Shown here one piece after another: positions 40,511-56,338 of a DNA stretch of 64,000 nt. Both the position numbers and the translations under genes were made by a program. Each line of letters opens with the position of its first letter. Positions within the stretch are counted from its first letter, which is position 1. This DNA comes from Octopus vulgaris. Its lineage: Eukaryota. Under the pieces are notes generated by a model. That model saw only the letters and a list, made by a program, of their open reading frames with translations, was not told the origin of the DNA and made no database searches. The stretch is from NCBI GenBank assembly GCA_951406725.2, contig OX597817.1:77748001-77812000 (forward strand), in the 5' to 3' direction.

Positions 40511-41189
40511 TACTGGTTGTTCAGTAAGAAATTGCAGAATTGTCTTTCCTGGACTCTGAAGTCTACCAACTAAATTCTTAAAGGGAATGCAGTACCAGAG
40601 ACAGGGACAATAGAAAGCAATTTTTTTTTAACTGTGCAATTTCAAAATCCTCTTAATTTAAAAATTCCTGTTTTTAATTGTAATTCAGTAGAATATTACT
40701 AAAATTATGGCAAGATTTTTGTCACCAAAAAATGGAAAGCTAAGTTCTGTATTAAAATGAAAATCTTGGTTCTTATTAGAAAGAAGCAAATTTACGGAGA
40801 CAAGCAAAATCCAAGCTAATGCATCTTGGATTTTCTCCAGTAGCTTCAGGCAGGTTGTCTAAGGGATAATATCAGGTGTATGGATAATAATGTGTTGGCA
40901 TTATGAACTGGTATCTGTCAAGGAAGAAAAAAGTTTTGCTGTGGGCATATTTATATTGTTTGAATAAATGTTTAGGCTCAATGAGAGACAAAGAGAGATA
41001 TAGAGAGATATGTGTGATGATGAAGATGATGGTAGTGTTAGTGGTGGCAATGATGAAGAAGATAGCAGAAACAGTTAAGATGAGCAAACTAAGTACATTG
41101 AAATATTTAGTTTCAACTTGACATTAGTTCAATAACATTTAAACTGTTGTCTTTTGTATTACAGCATTTAGATGTATTGTTCTACAGTT

Positions 41190-41247
<58 letters not shown>

Positions 41248-41265
41248 CATATATTTTATTTATTA

Positions 41266-41297
<32 letters not shown>

Positions 41298-41303
<6 letters not shown>

Positions 41304-42182
41304 TAATAAATAAATATATGCATACATACAAACATATATGTACGTGACCTACATCTACATGTATATATACATGCATATATAAATATATATACGTGTGTAC
41401 AGGACACCACAAATAGACGTAGAACTCGACGAGAAACGAAAACGTAAAAACAGCATGGAATGGACCATTCCTTTAACAACGAAAAAACAGAGTACAAGAC
41501 AACTACACAAGGAAAAATCCCCTTCATCAGCCGTCTCTAGTTCAACTCCAGCATGTTTCGAAGGTGAGGACAGAACACGTCTCGTTGAACTAATCCTTCC
41601 TGCGAAAGAATTGAATAAAATTCCTTTGCAGAGGGGTAAAAACAAGGAAAAAAATGTGACAAAAACAGGATGTAAAAACAATACAATTAAAAACAAATAC
41701 AAAATAAAAATACAATTACAAGAAATACAGTACAAGAAGGAATAGAAACAGGACTTCTTGTAATTATATTTTTATTTTGTATTTGTTTTTAATTGTATTG
41801 TTTTTACGTCCTATTTTTGTCACATTTTTTCCTTGTTTTTACCCCTCTGCAAAGAAATTTTATTTAATTCTTTCGCAGGAAGGACTAGTTCAATGAGATG
41901 TGTTCTGTCCTCACCTTCGAAACACGCTGGAGTTGAACTAGGGACGGCTGATGAAGGGGATTTTTCCTTGTGTAGTTGTCTTGTACTCTGTTTTTTCGTT
42001 GTTAAAGGAATGGTCCGTTCCATGCTGTTTTTACGTTTTCGTTTCTCGTTGAGTTCTATGTCTATTTGTGGTGTCCTGTACACACGTATATATATATTTA
42101 TATATGCATGTATATATACATGTAGATGTAGTTACGTACATATATGTTTGTATGTATGCATATATTTTATTTATTACACTAT
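41298..42182. repeat. ~425-bp inverted repeat (PLE pLTR pair) with ~30-bp spacer
   Basis: 41298-41724 versus 41755-42182; mirrored ORFs 41395-41745(+) and 41820-42083(-) are near-identical. Confidence 0.9.
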
Positions 42183-42269
42183 TGTATGACTGAGCGCCTT
42201 CGCGTTGATTCGATTCGTTTCGTTTCATTTCTTCTTCTTCTCTAAGCTGGTTTATATATATATATATAT

Positions 42270-43171
<902 letters not shown>

Positions 43172-43182
43172 AAATATATATA

Positions 43183-43231
<49 letters not shown>

Positions 43232-44353
43232 GTATTTCATCATGTTGAACGGTTAATCACTACACATTTTTTCTCTCTTCATTTTTTTACTCTCTCTGTT
43301 CTTTTTTCTTCAACCTCTTATGTTACAAAGTGTAGGCTAAAAATCTCAAAGACTATTCCAGTCTTCCTGAGTGTTAAACTAATACACCTTCTCGATGTTC
43401 CTTCACCTGTCTTTATTTTTTGTTTTCTGTAAATTTGAACTATATGTGTGTGTGTGTTTGCGTGTGTGTTTATGTGTGTGTATGTTTGTTTGTGTGTGTG
43501 TGTGTGTGTGTGTGTTTGTGTGTACTCTTATCTTGATATCGTGTGATGGTTGTAAACAAACATCACCATCATAAGACCAGTATTGTGTTTGCTTCCAGTC
43601 TTCTGAGAAAAACATGTCTGGTCTGAGAGAAGTAACACCTTTCTCAGAAACAGGTGCAGGTTGAATAACAGGAAGGGGGTCCGGACTAAGAAAATCTACT
43701 TCAACAAATACCACCCGACCCATGCAAGCATGGAAAACTGGACATTAATGATGAGGATTGATGATGATGATGAGGATGATGATGATGATGATGAGGAGGA
43801 GGAGGATGGGGAGAAAGAAATATTGTTTAAAGAATATGTCAAAATGACGTGTCAATGTCAGTACAAAAAAATAAATCATTTTACTTCAATATTTTCAAAA
43901 TGGGAAGAACATGTTAAAAAAAAACAAACAAATATAAAAAAAAAGTTACATTTAGTTTTATTGAAAAGTCTTCTGATGAGTTTTCAGATCATTTTATTTT
44001 CAAAAAATTTTTTTATCATCGTTAAAATATAAATTACAGATCAAACTGTATTAATTAATTTCATAAATTTATGGTAAATATGATGAATGTCATTTAAATT
44101 TTAAATATTTTCTTTTTCATTTACTTTTTTTCTTTTTTTTTTTTCAGTTTTTATTTAAATAATGAATCTACAAACTCGACATACAAACAATCTATCAATG
44201 ATATCGTTGAAATATTGTTGAAATAGAAACCATATTAGTGTATTGATACTCTTTCGGAGAGCATTTTATCTCATGATTTATTTATGTTTATAAAATTCAC
44301 GATATGTTTAAATATCAGCGATGAATTGTTAATAAAGAAAATACTTAAATACA

Positions 44354-45020
44354 TTTATTTCTTTATTGCCCACAGGGTGCTAAACATAGAGGGGACAAAC
44401 AAGGACAGACAAAGGGATTAAGTCGATTATATTGACCCCAGTGTGTAACTGGTACTTATTTAATCGACCCCGAAAGGATGAAAGGCAAAGTTGACTTCGG
44501 CGGAATTTGAACTCAGAACGTAATGGCAGACGAAATATCACTAAGCATTTCACCCAGCATGCTAACAATTCTTATTTCTTTACTACCTACAAGGGGCGAA
44601 ACATAGAGGGGACAAACAAGGAGAGACAAAAGGATTAAGTCGATTACATCGACCCCAGTGCGTAACTGGTACTTATTTAATCAACCCCGAAAGGATGAAA
44701 GGCAAAGTCGACTTTGGCGGAATTTGAACTCAGAACGTAATGGCAGACGAAATATCGCTAAGCATTTCACCCAGCATGCTAACGATTCTTATTTCTTTAT
44801 TGCCCACAAGGGGCGAAACATAGAGGGGACAAACAAGGACAGACAAAAGGATTAAGTCGATTACATCGACCCCAGTGTGTAACTGGTACTTATTTAATCG
44901 ACCCCGAAAGGATGAAAGGCAAAGTTGACCTCAGCAGAATTTGAACTCAGAATGTAACGGCAGATGAAATATCACTAAGCATTTCCCCCAGTGTGCTAAC
45001 GATTCTGCCAGCTCACCACC
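44354..45020 (-). mobile_element. Head-to-tail trimer of SINE family C (217-bp period)
   Basis: acatagagggg occurs at 44384, 44601 and 44818; homologous to the monomer at 46853-47086. Confidence 0.85.
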
Positions 45021-45355
45021 TAAATACTTAAATATATTAAATGAGCTATTGCTTATAAGATTACATATATATTTTTCCAAATGATTAACCTCAATTTTCG
45101 AGGTAAACCATTTTAAAACATACATGTATGCTATGTTTATAGTGCCCCAGCATGGCCGAAGTCTAATGACTGAAACAAACAAAAGAGTGAAAGAATATGA
45201 GGACTGATTCTCATCGGATGTCTTATTTTTATACTAAACTCAGAATGAAACTGGAGACCTTATTTTTATATTAGCCTGATGTATATGCATCATCAAGCAT
45301 ATAGATGTGGGTACTCATACTTTCTTCATCATTTATCCTTTATTTTTTTTTCAGT

Positions 45356-45866
45356 TATCTTTTTCTTGTTTTAGTCATTAGACTGTGGCAGATGCTGGGG
45401 CTTTGCTTTGCCTTGAAGGATTTTAGTTGAATAAATCGATTCCTATACTCTTTAATCTCTTTTACTCTTTTACTTGTTTCAGTCATTTGACTGTGGCCAT
45501 ACTGGAGCACAGCCTTTAGTCGAGCAAATCGACCCCAGAACTTATTCTTTGTAAGCCTAGTACTTATTCTATCAGTTTCTTTTGCCAAACCGCTAAGTTA
45601 TGGGGATGTAAACACACCAGCATCAGTTGTCAAGTAATGTTGGGGGAACAAACACAGACACACAAACACACACACACTCACACACACATAAATGCATATA
45701 TACCACAGGCTTCTTTTGGTTTCCGTCTACCAAATCCACTCACAAGGCTTTGGTCGGCCTGAGGCTATAGTAGAAGACACTTTCCCAAGGTGCCATGCAG
45801 TGGGACTGAACCCGGAACCATGTGGTTGGTAAGCAAGCTACTTACCACACAACCACTCCTATGCCT
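45356..45866 (-). mobile_element. SINE family B, full length, plus an extra 3' fragment
   Basis: Reverse complement of 12546-12950 and 52638-53087. Confidence 0.85.
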
Positions 45867-46021
45867 ATGTATGGACTTTTGAATTTTCTTCTTTTCCCCT
45901 TTTTGATTTTATTTTTGATTTACCTATACACACACACACACACACATACACACACACGCACACACGCACACACACGCACACGCACACACACGCACACACG
46001 CACACACACACATCTCTTAAA

Positions 46022-46500
46022 GTAGATAGAACACATGAAAGTAGGAGACCCAAGAAGACATGGGAAGAAGTGCTGAAGAATGACTTCAGGTTTCTGAACC
46101 TTTCAGGTGAGATGACAAAGGACCAAGATCACTGTTGCCTTGTTGTACTCCGAAGACCAGTACTCCACAGCAGAAGTGTTAAGGCTGGTCCTCCTGGTGG
46201 TGAGTATTGATCTGCAAGAGTCTTCTACCAGTCCCACATAAAAAGCACTCATGGCAGTGCCACATAAAACAGGCCCATGGTATGCCATGTAAAAGTGCTC
46301 TTGTGGTGCCACATAAAAGCACCGAGTACACTCTGTAAAGTGGTCGGCGTTAGGAAGGGCATCCCGCCATAGAAACTATGCCAAATCAGACTGGAGTCTG
46401 GTGCAGCTCCCTAGCTTGGCAGCTCTGGGCAAACCCTCCAACCATGCCAGCATGGACAACATTTGTTAAATGATGATGATGGTGATGACAATGATGACGA
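46022..46500 (+). mobile_element. Older RTE 3' end (ORF2 end plus 3' UTR)
   Basis: Reads [14 protein letters not shown]; ends ccatgccagcatgga...gttaaatgatgatg as in the RTE tail. Confidence 0.65.
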
Positions 46501-46852
46501 GGGTGGGCTGCTTTCAGTTTCCACTTATGAAATCCACTAACAAGACATTGGTAGAAGACACCCGCCCAAGGTGCTATGCAGTGGAACTGAACCCAAGATC
46601 ACATGCTAGGGAAGTGAGTTTCTTCATCACACACTACCTGCAATTAAACAAAATATCCATAATTATCAAAAACATCTTAAGCATACTTCAGTAACTTGAC
46701 ATGATATTATCTTATAATTTTGAAGGTAATTTGGTCACTATTTCTAGCTTTTAAAGAGACCAGGTAGAGGCTATGTGATCCCTTGTTGGTTCTAAAGAAA
46801 AGAAAAAAGAATGGTAGCATTTTGCTTTGATGGAAGTGGTACTATATCATAG

Positions 46853-47086
46853 TGGGCAACAAGCTGGCAGAATCGTTAGCACGCCGGGCGAAGTGCTTAG
46901 CAGTATTTCGTCTGCCGCTACGTTCTGAGTTCAAATTCTGCCGAGGTTGACTTTGCCTTTTATCCTTTCAGGGTCGATTAAATAAGTACCAGTTACGCAC
47001 TGGGGTCGATATAATCGACTTAATCTGTTTGTCTGTCCTTGTTTGTCCTCTCTGCGTTTAGCCCCTTGTAGGTAGTAAAGAAATAG
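46853..47086 (+). mobile_element. SINE family C monomer (central domain resembles the Meta/Sauria-type SINE domain)
   Basis: gctggcagaatcgttag head, GAGTTCAAATT B-box-like motif, gttgactttgccttt.atcctt...ggtcgattaaataagtaccag core; further copies at 48070-48285, 48885-49080, 49180-49325, 53420-53632 and 61956-62150. Confidence 0.8.
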
Positions 47087-47963
47087 GTACTATATCATAG
47101 CATTTAGATTTAGTGGAATGAGAGCGAGCTTACCATTGCGATACAACATACACAAACTACTACAACCATCACCACTACCACCACTACAACCACCACCGCC
47201 ACCGCCACCACCATGACCACCACTATCATTTTTAAACATTCTCATTGCCAACTATGATGATGAAAGTAATCTCAGTTTTAATTTTTCTGGTATTTTTTTC
47301 TCTCATTTTTACTACACCATGAAGTTTACATGTCATATATGAGTTGACCACAAATATTTTTCTCCCCTCTTTTCTTTCTCTTTTGTTGAAAAAGAAGAAA
47401 GAACCATTCAAACTGGTGGCATGTGGTGGCCACTAAAGGTCACAAAGGACCCTTGTACAAATTTCTCTTAGTCTTCTCACACAACCAATAAATGTGGAAA
47501 TGACATGCTTAAACAACTATCAAGATACCAATACAGGTTTAAAAAGAAAAGGCAAAAAAAACAACAAAAGAAACAAATGAACGAAAATGGAAAAAAAAAA
47601 CGAACAGCAATATAGGACAAAAATATTTTTTAAAAAGCAAACCCCCAGCAACACATTTAAATAAAACTAAAAAAATGGTATTTTACAAAAAATAATCAAA
47701 ACAAGAATTATAAATGCAGTGAAGTCATGAAAGCTATGTTTAAAAAAAAAAGAAGAAAAAAGGAAAAAAAAACAGTATGGAAAGAAGTGGTAAAAGTTTG
47801 AAAAGCAGGTAAAAAGGTCCTACGAAGATTAAACAACAGCTGTTAAATTCTCTGCATGATTCTTGAATGAAGATATCGGTTTGGCTGTGAGTTTTGTCAG
47901 CTTTCTGACATTCTTCCATCCGTACTTTGTGGGATATATTGCAAGAAAAAAAAAACAACAACA

Positions 47964-48070
<107 letters not shown>

Positions 48071-49440
48071 CCTTTCTACTATAGGCATAAAGCCTGGAAA
48101 TTTGGGGGGAGGGGAGTAGTCGATTACATTTACCCCAGCTTTTCACTGGTACTTAATTCATTGATCATGAAAGGATGCAAGGTAAAGTTGACCTTGACGG
48201 AATTTGAACTCAGAATTTAAAGACAGATGCAATGCTACTAAGTAATTTGCCCAGTGTGCTAATGATCCTGCCAACTCACTGCCAACAACAATAATAATGA
48301 TGATGATGATGATGATGATGATGATTCAGTGGCTCTCATGACTTCTGATCTTAACTGATTGGAAGTGTTATCATGTACATTGCTTTGTCTTGATATAAAA
48401 GATAGGCTACAGCAAATATTCTGCTCAATACCACAGATTTACTTGTCAGTTGTTTGACCTTAACCAGTTGAGCATGTCCCTTAGTGGCTGACGATATGTG
48501 CATCTCTGATCATGAGCAGAAGTAGTGGGGGAGCATCATAGCCATGTGTTGAGAGGGATTCTTTGGGGTTTGAATAATTCACATCTGGAAATATGAGTTT
48601 TTTATTCATCTGTAAACACTCCTCATTCAGGGACCTTTTGAGTGAGATGGGCTACTCAACCTGAAGAAAATTCTCACTGGGCCCTACCTGCAAAGTCATG
48701 CACTGTTTGTCTTGATATATGATTACTGTCATGCACATATGGTTGTGATGCATGTGCCTGGTGTACCCTTATCAGACGGGTAGTCATGATGGGTATATTG
48801 GGCTTCATATATCTGTACCCCAGCGTCACTTTAATGGCATGTATTGCACTCTCACTCAATATCAATATGAACAATAATAATAACGGTTTCAAATTTTGGC
48901 ACAAGGCCAGCAATTTCAGGAATGGTTTTAAGTCAATTACATCAAACCCAATGTTCGACTGGTACTTTATTTTGTCAACCCTGAAAAGATGAAAGGCAAA
49001 GTCAGCCACATCAGAATTTGAACTCAGAATATAAAGACAGGCAAAATGTTCCTAAAGCATTTTGCTTGATGTACAAACGATTGATTCTTCCAGCTTACGA
49101 TCTTAACAGCAATCAAAACACATACTGCAAAGCATTTTGTCACTGCTTTAATGCTTCTGCAAGGTTGATGCCTTTAATGGTTTTCGAGTGTAGACAAAAG
49201 TCTAGAAATTTAAGGTCAAGGGATAAGATAATGTCATCAATCTCAGTACTTGTCTGATACTTTATTTTACTGACCTTGAAAGGATAAAAATCAAAATTGA
49301 CTTTCACAGGATTTGAACTCAGAATATATATATATATATAAGTATAAAGCAAAATAAGCAACAAGGATATCCAGAGGTAATGCAGTACAATCGAATCATG
49401 CAACTCCATTTAATTGAACAATACAATCATTACATCAATT

Positions 49441-49509
<69 letters not shown>

Positions 49510-49625
49510 ATATTTCGGAATGGTCATATTGCCAGTTTAGCCAATAAAAACACACGCACTATATATTTGGTGTTATTTTGCTTAAGTGATATTTATTTTT
49601 TACATTAATCCTAATCTTATTTCGG

Positions 49626-49665
49626 CCAGAGTTCTTTCGTCACACTCCTGTGACCGCATCAGTGG
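49626..49665 (-). ncRNA. Minimal hammerhead-like motif in the sense pLTR (mirror copy 50971-51010, +)
   Basis: cca-CTGATGCg-gtcac aggagt gtgac-GAAA-gaac-TC-tgg; core deviates at position 9. Confidence 0.55.
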
Positions 49666-49982
49666 TCCTTTGTTTTCTTCTTTCGTATTTGTGTCTCTCC
49701 TTACTAACCGTCAGCCATTTTGTATTTCTATTGTATGTCTTCATTTGCGCATGCTTATATCTCTATGTGCGTCTATGTTTATTTAGTGTGTGTGTGTGGG
49801 GGGGATGCCTGTAATATTTGTATCTTCTGTTTATATACATTCATGTAATTTGTATTTTGTTTTTGTTGTTGTTGCTTTTGTTCTAATTTTGTTCATGTGT
49901 TTACATCCACCCATTATTATCATTACATATGCTTGTATGTATGTATAACAACAATATTAGTAATAATAATAAATCTAATCGA

Positions 49983-50023
<41 letters not shown>

Positions 50024-50185
50024 CATACATATACATACATAGATATATATACATATATATAGTTATTCATATATATATATACATACATATACATACATAG
50101 ATATATATACATATATATAGTTATTCATTTCTATTTGTTTATTTATCTGTGTATTTATTTATTATATTTTCAGGATCCTCTATTG

Positions 50186-50795
50186 TCATATGTTGTGGTG
50201 TGTGCTATTGCTCCATTCTAGTTTTCTATTCAGGCTAGGTTTATTTTCTATTATATGTGTAGCTTCTGTAATTTGTCTAATTGTTGCATCTGTTCTATGT
50301 GTGGACAATATCTTAATCTCTATGTTATTGATTGATCCCCCGTGTTCTTGTTCGGCGTATTGGTACAGAATCGACGAGCTTTTACCTTCCTTGAGTTGTC
50401 TCCAATGTTCATTCACCCGCTCTCCTATGCTTCTTGCCGTTTCCCCTACGTATGTTATTGTCTTGTTACTGCATCGTCCCTCTATACATCTTATACTATA
50501 GACTACATTTCTGGCTTTACAGTTTGTTTGTGGGCTAAATCTACATACAGTGCAATAGTTATCCGTACAGAGGGTTCTACTAAAAGGATAGGTTCTACCA
50601 ATTATAGATTTGATAGGGTTGCCTGGCTTTTCAACAACCTTAATTCTTAGTTTAAGTTTATCTAGGGTCCTTCTAAAGCGGTATGCCAGTTCACCTCCAG
50701 GGGTGGTGTCAACAAACATGACACTCTGGTATTTATGGTTAACATACCAAGAGTTGTCCTTCCCTATTTTCTGTTTTGTCCTTTCTATAGTGTTC
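50186..50795 (-). CDS. PLE ORF C-terminal fragment: Cys linker plus GIY-YIG endonuclease
   Basis: C-x4-C-x2-C...NCKARNVVYSIRC...YVGETARSIGERVNEH...RQITEATHI...PSLN; open frame but 5'-truncated at the inverted pLTR. Confidence 0.85.
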
Positions 50796-51187
50796 ATGTA
50801 TATAAACAGAAGATACAAATATTACAGGCATCCCCCCCACACACACACACTAAATAAACATAGACGCACATAGAGATATAAGCGTGCGCAAATGAAGACA
50901 TACAATAGAAATACAAAATGGCTGACGGTTAGTAAGGAGAGACACAAATACAAAAGAAGAAAACAAAGGACCACTGATGCGGTCACAGGAGTGTGACGAA
51001 AGAACTCTGGCCGAAATAAGATTAAGATTAATGTAAAAAATAAATATCACTGAAGCAAAATAACACCAAATATATAGTGCGTGTGTTTTTATTGGCTAAA
51101 CTGGCAATATGACCATTCCGAAATATAACAATATCTGTTTCAACACACGACTTCACATAAAAAATCTTGCACAACAAATATTTAAAC

Positions 51188-51233
<46 letters not shown>

Positions 51234-51259
51234 CATATATATATATGTATATATATATA

Positions 51260-51409
51260 GGTGCAGACGTGGCTGTGTATTAAGAACCACATGGTTCCAG
51301 GTTCAGTCCCACTGCATGGCACCTTAGACAGGTGTTTTCTACTTTAGCCTCAGGCTGACCATAACCTTGTGAGTAGATTTGATAGACAGAAACTGAAAGA
51401 AGTCTGTTG

Positions 51410-51440
<31 letters not shown>

Positions 51441-51702
51441 GTATGTATATACATAAATACATATATGTGTGTGTGCACGTGTGTTTTTGGTGTGTGTGTG
51501 TATTTGTGTGTCTGCGTTTGTCCACCCACTACCTGATGTTGGCGAGTTTACATCCCCGTAACTTAACGATTTGGCAAAAGAGACTGATAGAATAAGTACC
51601 AGGCTTACAAAGAATAAGTTCTGGGGTCAATTTGTTCAGCTAAAGGTGGTGCTCCAGTAGGGCCGCCGTCAAATGACTGAAATAATTAAAAGAATAAAAG
51701 AA
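51260..51702 (+). mobile_element. SINE family B
   Basis: Family match with internal microsatellite. Confidence 0.8.
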
Positions 51703-52465
51703 TATATATTCTTTTATTCTTTTACAGCAGTGATGATGATGATGATGATGATGATAATGATGACAATGATGATGATGATGAAGGTGAATATGATGATGGT
51801 TATGATGATGAGGATGATAACAATGATGATGATGATGGCAACAGCGACAAGGATGATGGTGGTGGTGGTGGTGGTGGTGGTGGTGGTGGTGATGATGAGG
51901 ATTATGACGAATCAGCACATATATTTCACAGGTACTGAAGAGAAAAATTGAACTCATAACATGACTGATTGCCATGCTTCACCAGTTTTTTTTACCATGT
52001 GATGTTCTTCTTACACGTTTAGTGAAACACTTTACCATTCCTACAACTCACTACCTCTAACACACTTGTAACAATTTCTAGGATTGGCAAAATGTTTCTA
52101 ACGGAATATCTAACTCTGGCAAAGCGCCACAAATGTAATTAAATACAAAGAGGCATTTTGTATGGTGCTCCACCACTTATGTCATCCATTGCCCTAACAT
52201 ACTAATAGTAAGTGTTTCATTTATTTGCCATCACGACCCATTCATGCATGTAAAGTGTGTTACAAAAAAAAAAAAAAAAACAAGTGGGGTTACAGGACGT
52301 GGAGAAAATGTATAAATACAATTATATAGAAACTAGAGGGTGGAGCTTGGATTTATGTGATACATATGCATGTAATGACATCAAAAATTATGTATTTATA
52401 CAAACATAGAATTTAAAAAACCCTTACATACACATGCATATGTTTGTGTGCTTGTGTGTGTGTAT

Positions 52466-52558
<93 letters not shown>

Positions 52559-52637
52559 CATTTATACACATAGGCATATATGTATATCCATCCATTCATC
52601 CATACATACAGATAGATATGTATATATATATATATAA

Positions 52638-52811
52638 GGAGTGGCTGTGTGGTAAGTAGCTTGCTTACCAACCACATGATTCCAGGTTCAGTCCCACTGC
52701 ATGGCACCTTGGGCAAGTGTCTTCTACTATAGCCTCGGGCGGACCAAAGCCTTGTGAGTGGATTTGGTAGAAGGAAACTGAAATAAGCCCTTCATATATA
52801 TGCATATGCAC

Positions 52812-52876
<65 letters not shown>

Positions 52877-53087
52877 TGTATCTGTTTGTGTGTCTGTGTT
52901 TTTCCCCCCAACATCGCTTGGCAACTGATGCTGGTGAGTTTATGTCCCAGTAACTTATTGATTTAGCAAAAGGGACTGATAGAACAAATACTAGGCTTAC
53001 AAAGAATAAGTTCTGGGGTCAATTTGCTCGACCAAAGGTGGTGCTCCAGTATGGCCACAGTCAAATGACTGATACAAGTATAAGAAT
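52638..53087 (+). mobile_element. SINE family B, full length
   Basis: Family match. Confidence 0.85.
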
Positions 53088-53106
53088 ATTTGTATACACA
53101 CACACA

Positions 53107-53146
<40 letters not shown>

Positions 53147-53419
53147 GAGAGAAAAAGAGTTAGATAGACAAATAAATTGTCAGATATGTAGATGAAATGA
53201 TATAACTATCATTTCATCAACGTATCTGACTATCTGTATATGGGTGGATTTATATATGTATGTATATGTACATATTCAGGCGTCTGTTTGTATGTATATG
53301 TATATATTCAGGTGTGTGTTTATGTTTATGTGTGTGTGTGTGAAGTTACATGTAAAAACAATTTAACATAATATATATATAGATATATACATACATACAT
53401 AATATATATATATATATAA

Positions 53420-53632
53420 AATTTTCAACTCTAGGTACAAGGCCCGAAATTTTTGGGGAGAGGACCAGTCGTTAGGGTCGACTCCTGTACACAACTGGTA
53501 CTTAATTTATCGATCCTGAAAGGATGGAAAGCAAAGTCAACCTCGGCGGAATTTGAACTCAGAACATAAAGACAGCCGAAATACCGCTAAGCATTTCACC
53601 CGGTGTGCAAACGTTCCTACCAACTCCCCACC
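53420..53632 (-). mobile_element. SINE family C
   Basis: Homologous to 46853-47086. Confidence 0.75.
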
Positions 53633-53638
53633 TTTATT

Positions 53639-53735
<97 letters not shown>

Positions 53736-54606
53736 ATATATATATGTATATATATAAAATACACATTAAGTACAGGACATCACCATATTAATATATATAT
53801 TAAAAACAGGTGAATGGATTAGCTGGTGTTGCTACAACTGTTTCATTAAGAATATTTACTGTGAGTATAATAAAATCAGGTATGCACTATGCAAAACATC
53901 CTTAAGACTATGCAATATGTTTCACAATTCTCAACATGCAATGTACTGTTATAAATATTGAGCATAAGGTACACTTGATAAAACTGTGGTTACACCATAC
54001 TAAAGATTATTCATGAAAATAGTTGTGGCTATACCAGATAATTCCTTTGTCTGATTTTATCATGTTTTTATGCCACGTTATACAACGATAGATTGTACAC
54101 ATTTTTTACGATATTTTTGTGATATTTGTTTTACGATATTTTTTACGTTATTTTTACCTTATTACACTCTAATTTTTGCTTTGTAAATTATCATATTTTA
54201 TCATTTGTAAATTTTTCTCCGTAGATTTCGTTTATATATCTTTTTGCATTTTGTCATTCATTCGCATTTGTTTACGTCCACTTTTAACTATAGTTTTTAT
54301 TCGAATATATATTTCTTTGTCATTGTTTATTTTATCATCCCTATATTATATAGTCTTTTCATTATTATATAATCACTATTATATATTATAATTTTCATTC
54401 CAACATATTATTAATTTATAGGCATAAGTCACCTTTGAATTTAGTTTAGTAAATTTTAAATTTTTAATCAATTAAATCATGGCTTGCACAGCAAGGTTCA
54501 GCGAATTTATTTTCACACATGCATATTTGTCTATTAATTACATTCGTAACTGTTAAAATATTAAAATATAGAAATTGTTATTGAATTATAATAAAGTTAT
54601 CAAGAG

Positions 54607-54697
54607 TCCTGACGATTGGGGTTGCAGTTAAGACATGTTCCTGTAAAAGACTGAATGTCTAAGGAACGTTAAGTGCACCTCATGAAACACGTGTAGA
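54607..54697 (+). ncRNA. Hammerhead motif with long stem II (probable PLE pLTR)
   Basis: tc-CTGACGA-t-tggggttgca...tgcacctca-t-GAAA-cacgtg-TA-ga; palindromic ACACGTGT stem III; only a 2-bp stem I. Confidence 0.5.
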
Positions 54698-54887
54698 AGA
54701 GAAATTTAGAACTGATTAGTAAATATTAAAATAAAGTTCTATTATATGGTGTGATGTATATTAGGATTTGATATTTCGCATAGGGACTTCTATATCTAAA
54801 TAACATATATTTCCTTATAGAGAATAATTCATTTTATTTGAATCCCTGTGATGCCGGAATTTTTATTCCCTAATAAATAAAATAATC

Positions 54888-54945
<58 letters not shown>

Positions 54946-55400
54946 ATGTAATCCGAGTTAGTGGCTATATTTGTTATGTCATGCTTTGTATTACGAAATA
55001 AGCTATAAATGTGGTCCAATCAATGTGCTTGTTAATCTGAGGTTTTCTCCATTTTCTTATTATTTGTATATATATATACATACATACACACACTCACACA
55101 CACACATATACATACATATATATACACACACATATACATACATATATATATGTACACACATATATACATACCTACATACATATATATATATACACACACA
55201 CACATATATATGTCTCTAGACAGATATAAATAAATATGTGTGTGTCCTTAGTTATGCACACATCATCATCATCATTACTGTCATCATTAGATGTTGGTTA
55301 TCTATGTTGGCATGAGTTGGACATTTATATATGTATGCATACATATACATACATATATACACGAATAGTGTGCATATATATGCATGTGTATGTATATGTA

Positions 55401-55462
<62 letters not shown>

Positions 55463-56082
55463 TATATGCACATATGCATATATACATACACACACACACA
55501 TACATAAATATACATGTAACAAGAAAGTCTTCTACCTGGTATATTCCCTTCATGTGTAAATTTTTTTGCCAGTAATTAGCAGAAAATAGAATGGTGAATA
55601 ATACACGAAAGATATAATATATTTTGGAGAGTTTCCAGAGAATCTGTTTCATCTGAAGAGGGAAAAATTATTTGTAATCACTAAATGTGTTGTTCATTCA
55701 TTCGTTCATTCATAAGAACGATTTTATTGCACCAGCATTCATTCTGACACCATTTTATTGACATTTCTGTAATTTACCATTCTTTCATGATTTGTTTACA
55801 TTATTCATGTTCTAAGTTATTTTATGGCAGAAATCATTGAAACAATAAGGCACTCAACTTGAAATGTTTGGTTGTATCTAGTTTGGCATCTCACTGATCT
55901 GAATTCAAAGCTTATTTGACGGTACTTAGGTGCTTTTTAAGGTTCACATTACCTGTTCAATGTTTCAAGGTCGATAAAATGAAGACTGCTAATATTTATG
56001 TGTTCCGTAGTCTTCAACGGCCCATTGATTCACTACTGAGGTTTGTATATGTATGCATTGCCTCTAAAATTGAGGTTAGTTA

Positions 56083-56330
56083 TCTGTTATGTTATGCCTG
56101 CTGTTCTCTACTGGGCAGAAACATGGGCAATGCATGCAGCTATGGAGAAAAGGGTAGAAGTCTTTGAAATGCTGGTCTTTTGCAAATTGGAGGTAAAATG
56201 AGTTAGAAAGACAGAGTAACAATTACTGCAGTATTATAAAAGCTGAAAGCATGGAGACACCTATTGCTGAGAATCAAGTCTACAATTCTATCATATTTTA
56301 GACATACTATAGACCACCTGACAGAAACTT
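56083..56330 (+). pseudogene. Old RTE ORF2 C-terminal remnant
   Basis: Reads CYVMPAVLYWAETWAMHAAMEKRVEVFEM...KDRVT, the RTE LLYG.ETW...E.FEM pattern. Confidence 0.5.
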
Positions 56331-56338
56331 CATGGTAA

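Larger units (their letters stand above)
49502..51134 (-). mobile_element. 5'-truncated Penelope-like element with inverted 339-bp pLTRs
   Basis: 49502-49840 is inverted relative to 50796-51134; these enclose a GIY-YIG ORF and 3' UTR; flanked by (TA)n; isolated pLTR end also at 56952-57000. Confidence 0.9.

Noticed and set aside
48326-48860. Complex ~530-bp segment between ATG/AAT repeats, probably a dispersed repeat
   Set aside because: Single copy in the window with no diagnostic motif; cannot be classified
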